A DNA stretch of 64,000 nt, from NCBI GenBank assembly GCA_963843875.1, contig CAWJMC010000007.1:208129-272128 (forward strand), given 5' to 3'. The translations under genes were made by a program, and so were the position numbers. Shown here in pieces: positions 61,348 to 64,000 of the stretch. Position 1 is the stretch's first letter. Each line of letters begins with the position of its first letter. This DNA is from an uncultured Actinomycetota bacterium (lineage in GTDB: Bacteria > Actinomycetota > Actinomycetes > Propionibacteriales > Nocardioidaceae). The notes below the pieces were generated by a model, which was not told the origin of the DNA, did no database searches, and saw nothing but the letters and a program-made list of their open reading frames with translations.

Positions 61348-62269
61348 ATGCAGCTGAGGTACGTCTTCTCGGAGGCCGGCACCGGCCTGCGCCGCAACTT
61401 GTCCATGACGGTCGCGCTGATCGTCACGATGTTCGTCTCGCTGACCCTGGTCGGCATGGGGCTGCTGCTCAACGCCCAGGCGCACAAGGCCGAGGAGCGG
61501 TGGGGCAGCCAGCTCCAGATCACCGTCTACATGTGCAACCAGAACTCCCGGGTCGCCCACCTGCGCGGGCGGCGAGGTCACCACTCCGCAGCGGGCGGCG
61601 GTGCAGCAGGTCCTCAAGACCCACCCCGAGGTCAAGGGCTACGACTTCAAGTCCAAGCAGGCGGCGTACGACGACCTGCAGCGCCTGGCCAAGCAGCAGG
61701 ACTCCGGAGGCCGGGACCTCTACTCGACGGTGACCGTCAAGGACATGAACCAGTCCTACACGGTGACGCTGAAGGACCCGCGCAAGTACCAGGGCGTGGA
61801 GCAGGCGGTGTCCGGGCTGGACGGCGTGGAGAACGTCCAGGACCTGCACAACCTGCTCGCACCGATCTACAAGTTCCTCTTCGGCATGCAGGTGGGACGC
61901 GATCGTCTTCGCCGGTGATCTTGCTGGTGGCCGCCGTGCTGGAGGTGGGCAACACGATCCGGTTGACGGCCTTCGCGCGCCGGCGCGAGATCGGGATCAT
62001 GCGACTGGTCGGCGCCGGGAGCCTGTCGATCCAGCTGCCGTTCCTGCTCGAGACGCTGGTGGCTGCCGGTGATCGGCATGGCGCTCGCCGCGGGGGCGAT
62101 CGCGGTGTTCATGGGCGTGGTCGTCTACGGCCAGCTGCGCGAGCTCCAACATCGTCTACTGGATCGACTGGTGGGACGCGGTGCAGGCGATCGGCTGGAT
62201 CGCGCTCTCGGTGTCGTGATGACGGTCGTCCCGACACTCCTGCTGACCCGCAAATACCTCAAAGTCTGA
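61348..62269 (+). CDS. ftsX: Permease-like cell division protein FtsX (frameshifted)
   Basis: GLRRNLSMT, NTIRLTAFARRREIGIMRLVGA..IQLPFLLE, RKYLKV. Confidence 0.93.
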
Positions 62270-62327
62270 GCGCCGCGCGTTACCTTCGACTCGTTCAACT
62301 TCCCCCTCTGAACGAAGCAGGTTTCTC

Positions 62328-63612
62328 GTGCTGCACTCGCCCTCGCGCAAGCGTGCCCTCTTCGCTGCGGTCGCCATGGCGATCGCGGTCAGTGGCGCCG
62401 CCGCTCCTTCCCACGCCGACGACCTGAAGGACAAGCAGAAGGCCGTGCAGGGCAGCCTCAAGGGCGCCCGGTCGGACCTCGACGAGTCCTCCCACGCGGC
62501 GTACGTCGCGGGCACCGCGCTGGTCAAGGCCCGGGCCCAGCTGCGGACGGCCAAGAGCCAGCTCGGCGCGACCCAGCAGCAGCTGAGCGCGGCCCAGGCC
62601 AGGGAGGCGAAGCTGAAGCTCGCCCTGACCCGGGCGAAGAGCGACCTCGCCACCGCCCGGGCCGACCTGGAGGCTGCGAAGGCCAAGGTGGTCGAGCAGC
62701 GTGCGGCGGTCGGGCGGCTGGGGGCCCAGAGCGTGCAGAAGGCGGACCCGCAGCTGGTCGGACTGGTGGCGCTGTTCAACTCCGAGAGCCCGACCGACCT
62801 GACCACCGAGATCCAGGCCACCGGGAACATGCTCGACAAGCAGGGACAGGACGCTCGACGCGATGCGCCGCGCGGAGAGCCGGCTCGCGGTGCAGGAGAC
62901 CAAGGTCGCAGCAGGCCACCGCCGCGGTGGCGCGCCAGCGCAAGGCCGCCGCCCGCAACGTCACCGAGAAGGGGACCCTGGTCGCGCGGGCCGGTGAGCA
63001 GGAGCGGTCCGTCGCCAAGCTGGTCGCCGTCCGCTCGTCGGCCAAGCACGACGCCGAGCAGGCGCGCAGCGCCGACAAGAGCCAGGTCGCGGACCTGAAG
63101 AAGGAGAACGATCGGATCAGTGCGCTGCTGGCCGCTCGCGCGAAGAAGGCTCGTGACTACCAGAACTCGCAGCGAGCCTCGGCCTCGTCGGGCTCGAGCG
63201 GGTCGACCAGCACCGGTGGCGGTGAGCTGGAGCGTCCGGTCACCGGCTACGTCACCTCGCCGTTCGGCTACCGCGTGCACCCGATCTACGGCTACTACTC
63301 CTGCACGACGGCACCGACTTCCACGCTCCGTGCGGCACTCCGCTGCGCGCGGCCGGCAACGGCAAGGTGATCTCGGAGTACTTCCAGTCCGCTTGGGGCA
63401 ACCGGCTGATCCTCGACCTCGGCCGGGTCAACGGCCACGGCGTCTCGGTGATCTACAACCACCTCAGCGCCTACCGGGCGGCACAGGGTGACACCGTCAG
63501 CCGCGGCGAGACCGTCGGGTACGCCGGCACCACGGGCTGGTCGACCGGCTGCCACCTGCACTTCACCGTGATGGTCGACGGCAAGCCCGAGAACCCGATG
63601 AACTTCTTCTGA
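62328..63612 (+). CDS. Coiled-coil + M23 metallopeptidase (frameshifted)
   Basis: Signal peptide, long coiled coil, TSPFGYRVHP, HDGTDF, YNHLS, STGCHLHF. Confidence 0.88.
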
Positions 63613-63820
63613 GCGAGCGCAGCGAGCGAAGAAGAAGGAGCCGAGTCGTCTGTTCCGCACCCCCCGGCCGAAGGCCGCGAGAAGAGCGGATCTGACGACT
63701 CGGCGATACCCCGGCGTGGCGTGACGTAGGCGCGACGGCGAGGCGCGCGGGTTGGCCTGAGACCACTCCGGGGCAACGGGGGTTTCGAGACAGGCGCCTG
63801 GGCGCCTTCCCCCACCACCG
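63611..63820. repeat. Cluster of REP-like palindromic elements
   Basis: GCCGAGTCGTC (63640-63650)/GACGACTCGGC (63694-63704) stem enclosing CGGCCGAAGGCCG; second hairpin AGGCGCC-tg-GGCGCCT after GGTTTCGAGAC. Confidence 0.55.
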
Positions 63821-63842
63821 CAGGACCTGAGACAATGGAGCC

Positions 63843-64000
63843 ATGGCCAAGGAAGTCGGGCGCAAGCTCATCGCGCAGAACCGCAAGGCGCGCTACGACT
63901 ACCTCATCGACGACGTCTTCGAGGCCGGGCTGGTGCTGGTCGGCACCGAGGTGAAGTCGTTGCGCGCCGGGCGCGCGACGCTGACCGACGGGTTCGGTGA
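63843..64000 (+). CDS. smpB: SsrA-binding protein SmpB (5' part only)
   Basis: [34 protein letters not shown]. Confidence 0.97.
   Translation, partial: MAKEVGRKLIAQNRKARYDYLIDDVFEAGLVLVGTEVKSLRAGRATLTDGFG

Noticed and set aside
63613-63842. tmRNA (ssrA) next to smpB
   Set aside because: Too short, and no tRNA-like GGGG..CCA ends or tag ORF; ssrA would more likely lie downstream, outside the window

Overview
High-GC actinobacterial chromosome segment; gene content and order suggest Nocardioidaceae (inference). The backbone is conserved core genome: ahcY-mtrA-mtrB-lpqB-comF-hpf-response regulator-secA-Rv3235, then prfB-ftsE-ftsX-M23-smpB. Interspersed are a Tad/Flp pilus system split over two loci (HTH/CpaB-like/CpaE-like at 20-22.6 kb; tadA-tadB-tadC-flp-3 pseudopilins at 41.5-46.2 kb), an NHEJ cluster (ku, split ligD), nitrogen-scavenging genes (pruA, kynA, gdh, two NCS1 permeases, hydantoin racemase, GntR) and several secreted accessory proteins. 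Many conserved genes carry small frameshifts, best explained as uncorrected long-read indels, so boundaries of those genes are approximate. No rRNA, tRNA, CRISPR array, transposase or integrase was seen. Most interesting leads: (1) a TCCACA(G) motif upstream of comF, the LysM/HTH/Cpa cluster and tadA, suggesting a dispersed competence/Tad regulon; (2) a non-canonical Flp pilin, missed by the ORF track, preceded by a 12-bp VNTR micro-ORF; (3) a bulb-lectin/NlpC-P60 fusion; (4) an overlapping bidirectional leaderless promoter for ku/ligD; (5) a His-rich lipoprotein plus membrane protein pair; (6) a divergent GH6; (7) a perfect AT-rich operator and two MITE/REP-like elements. All calls are from reading motifs by eye; no database searches were run.
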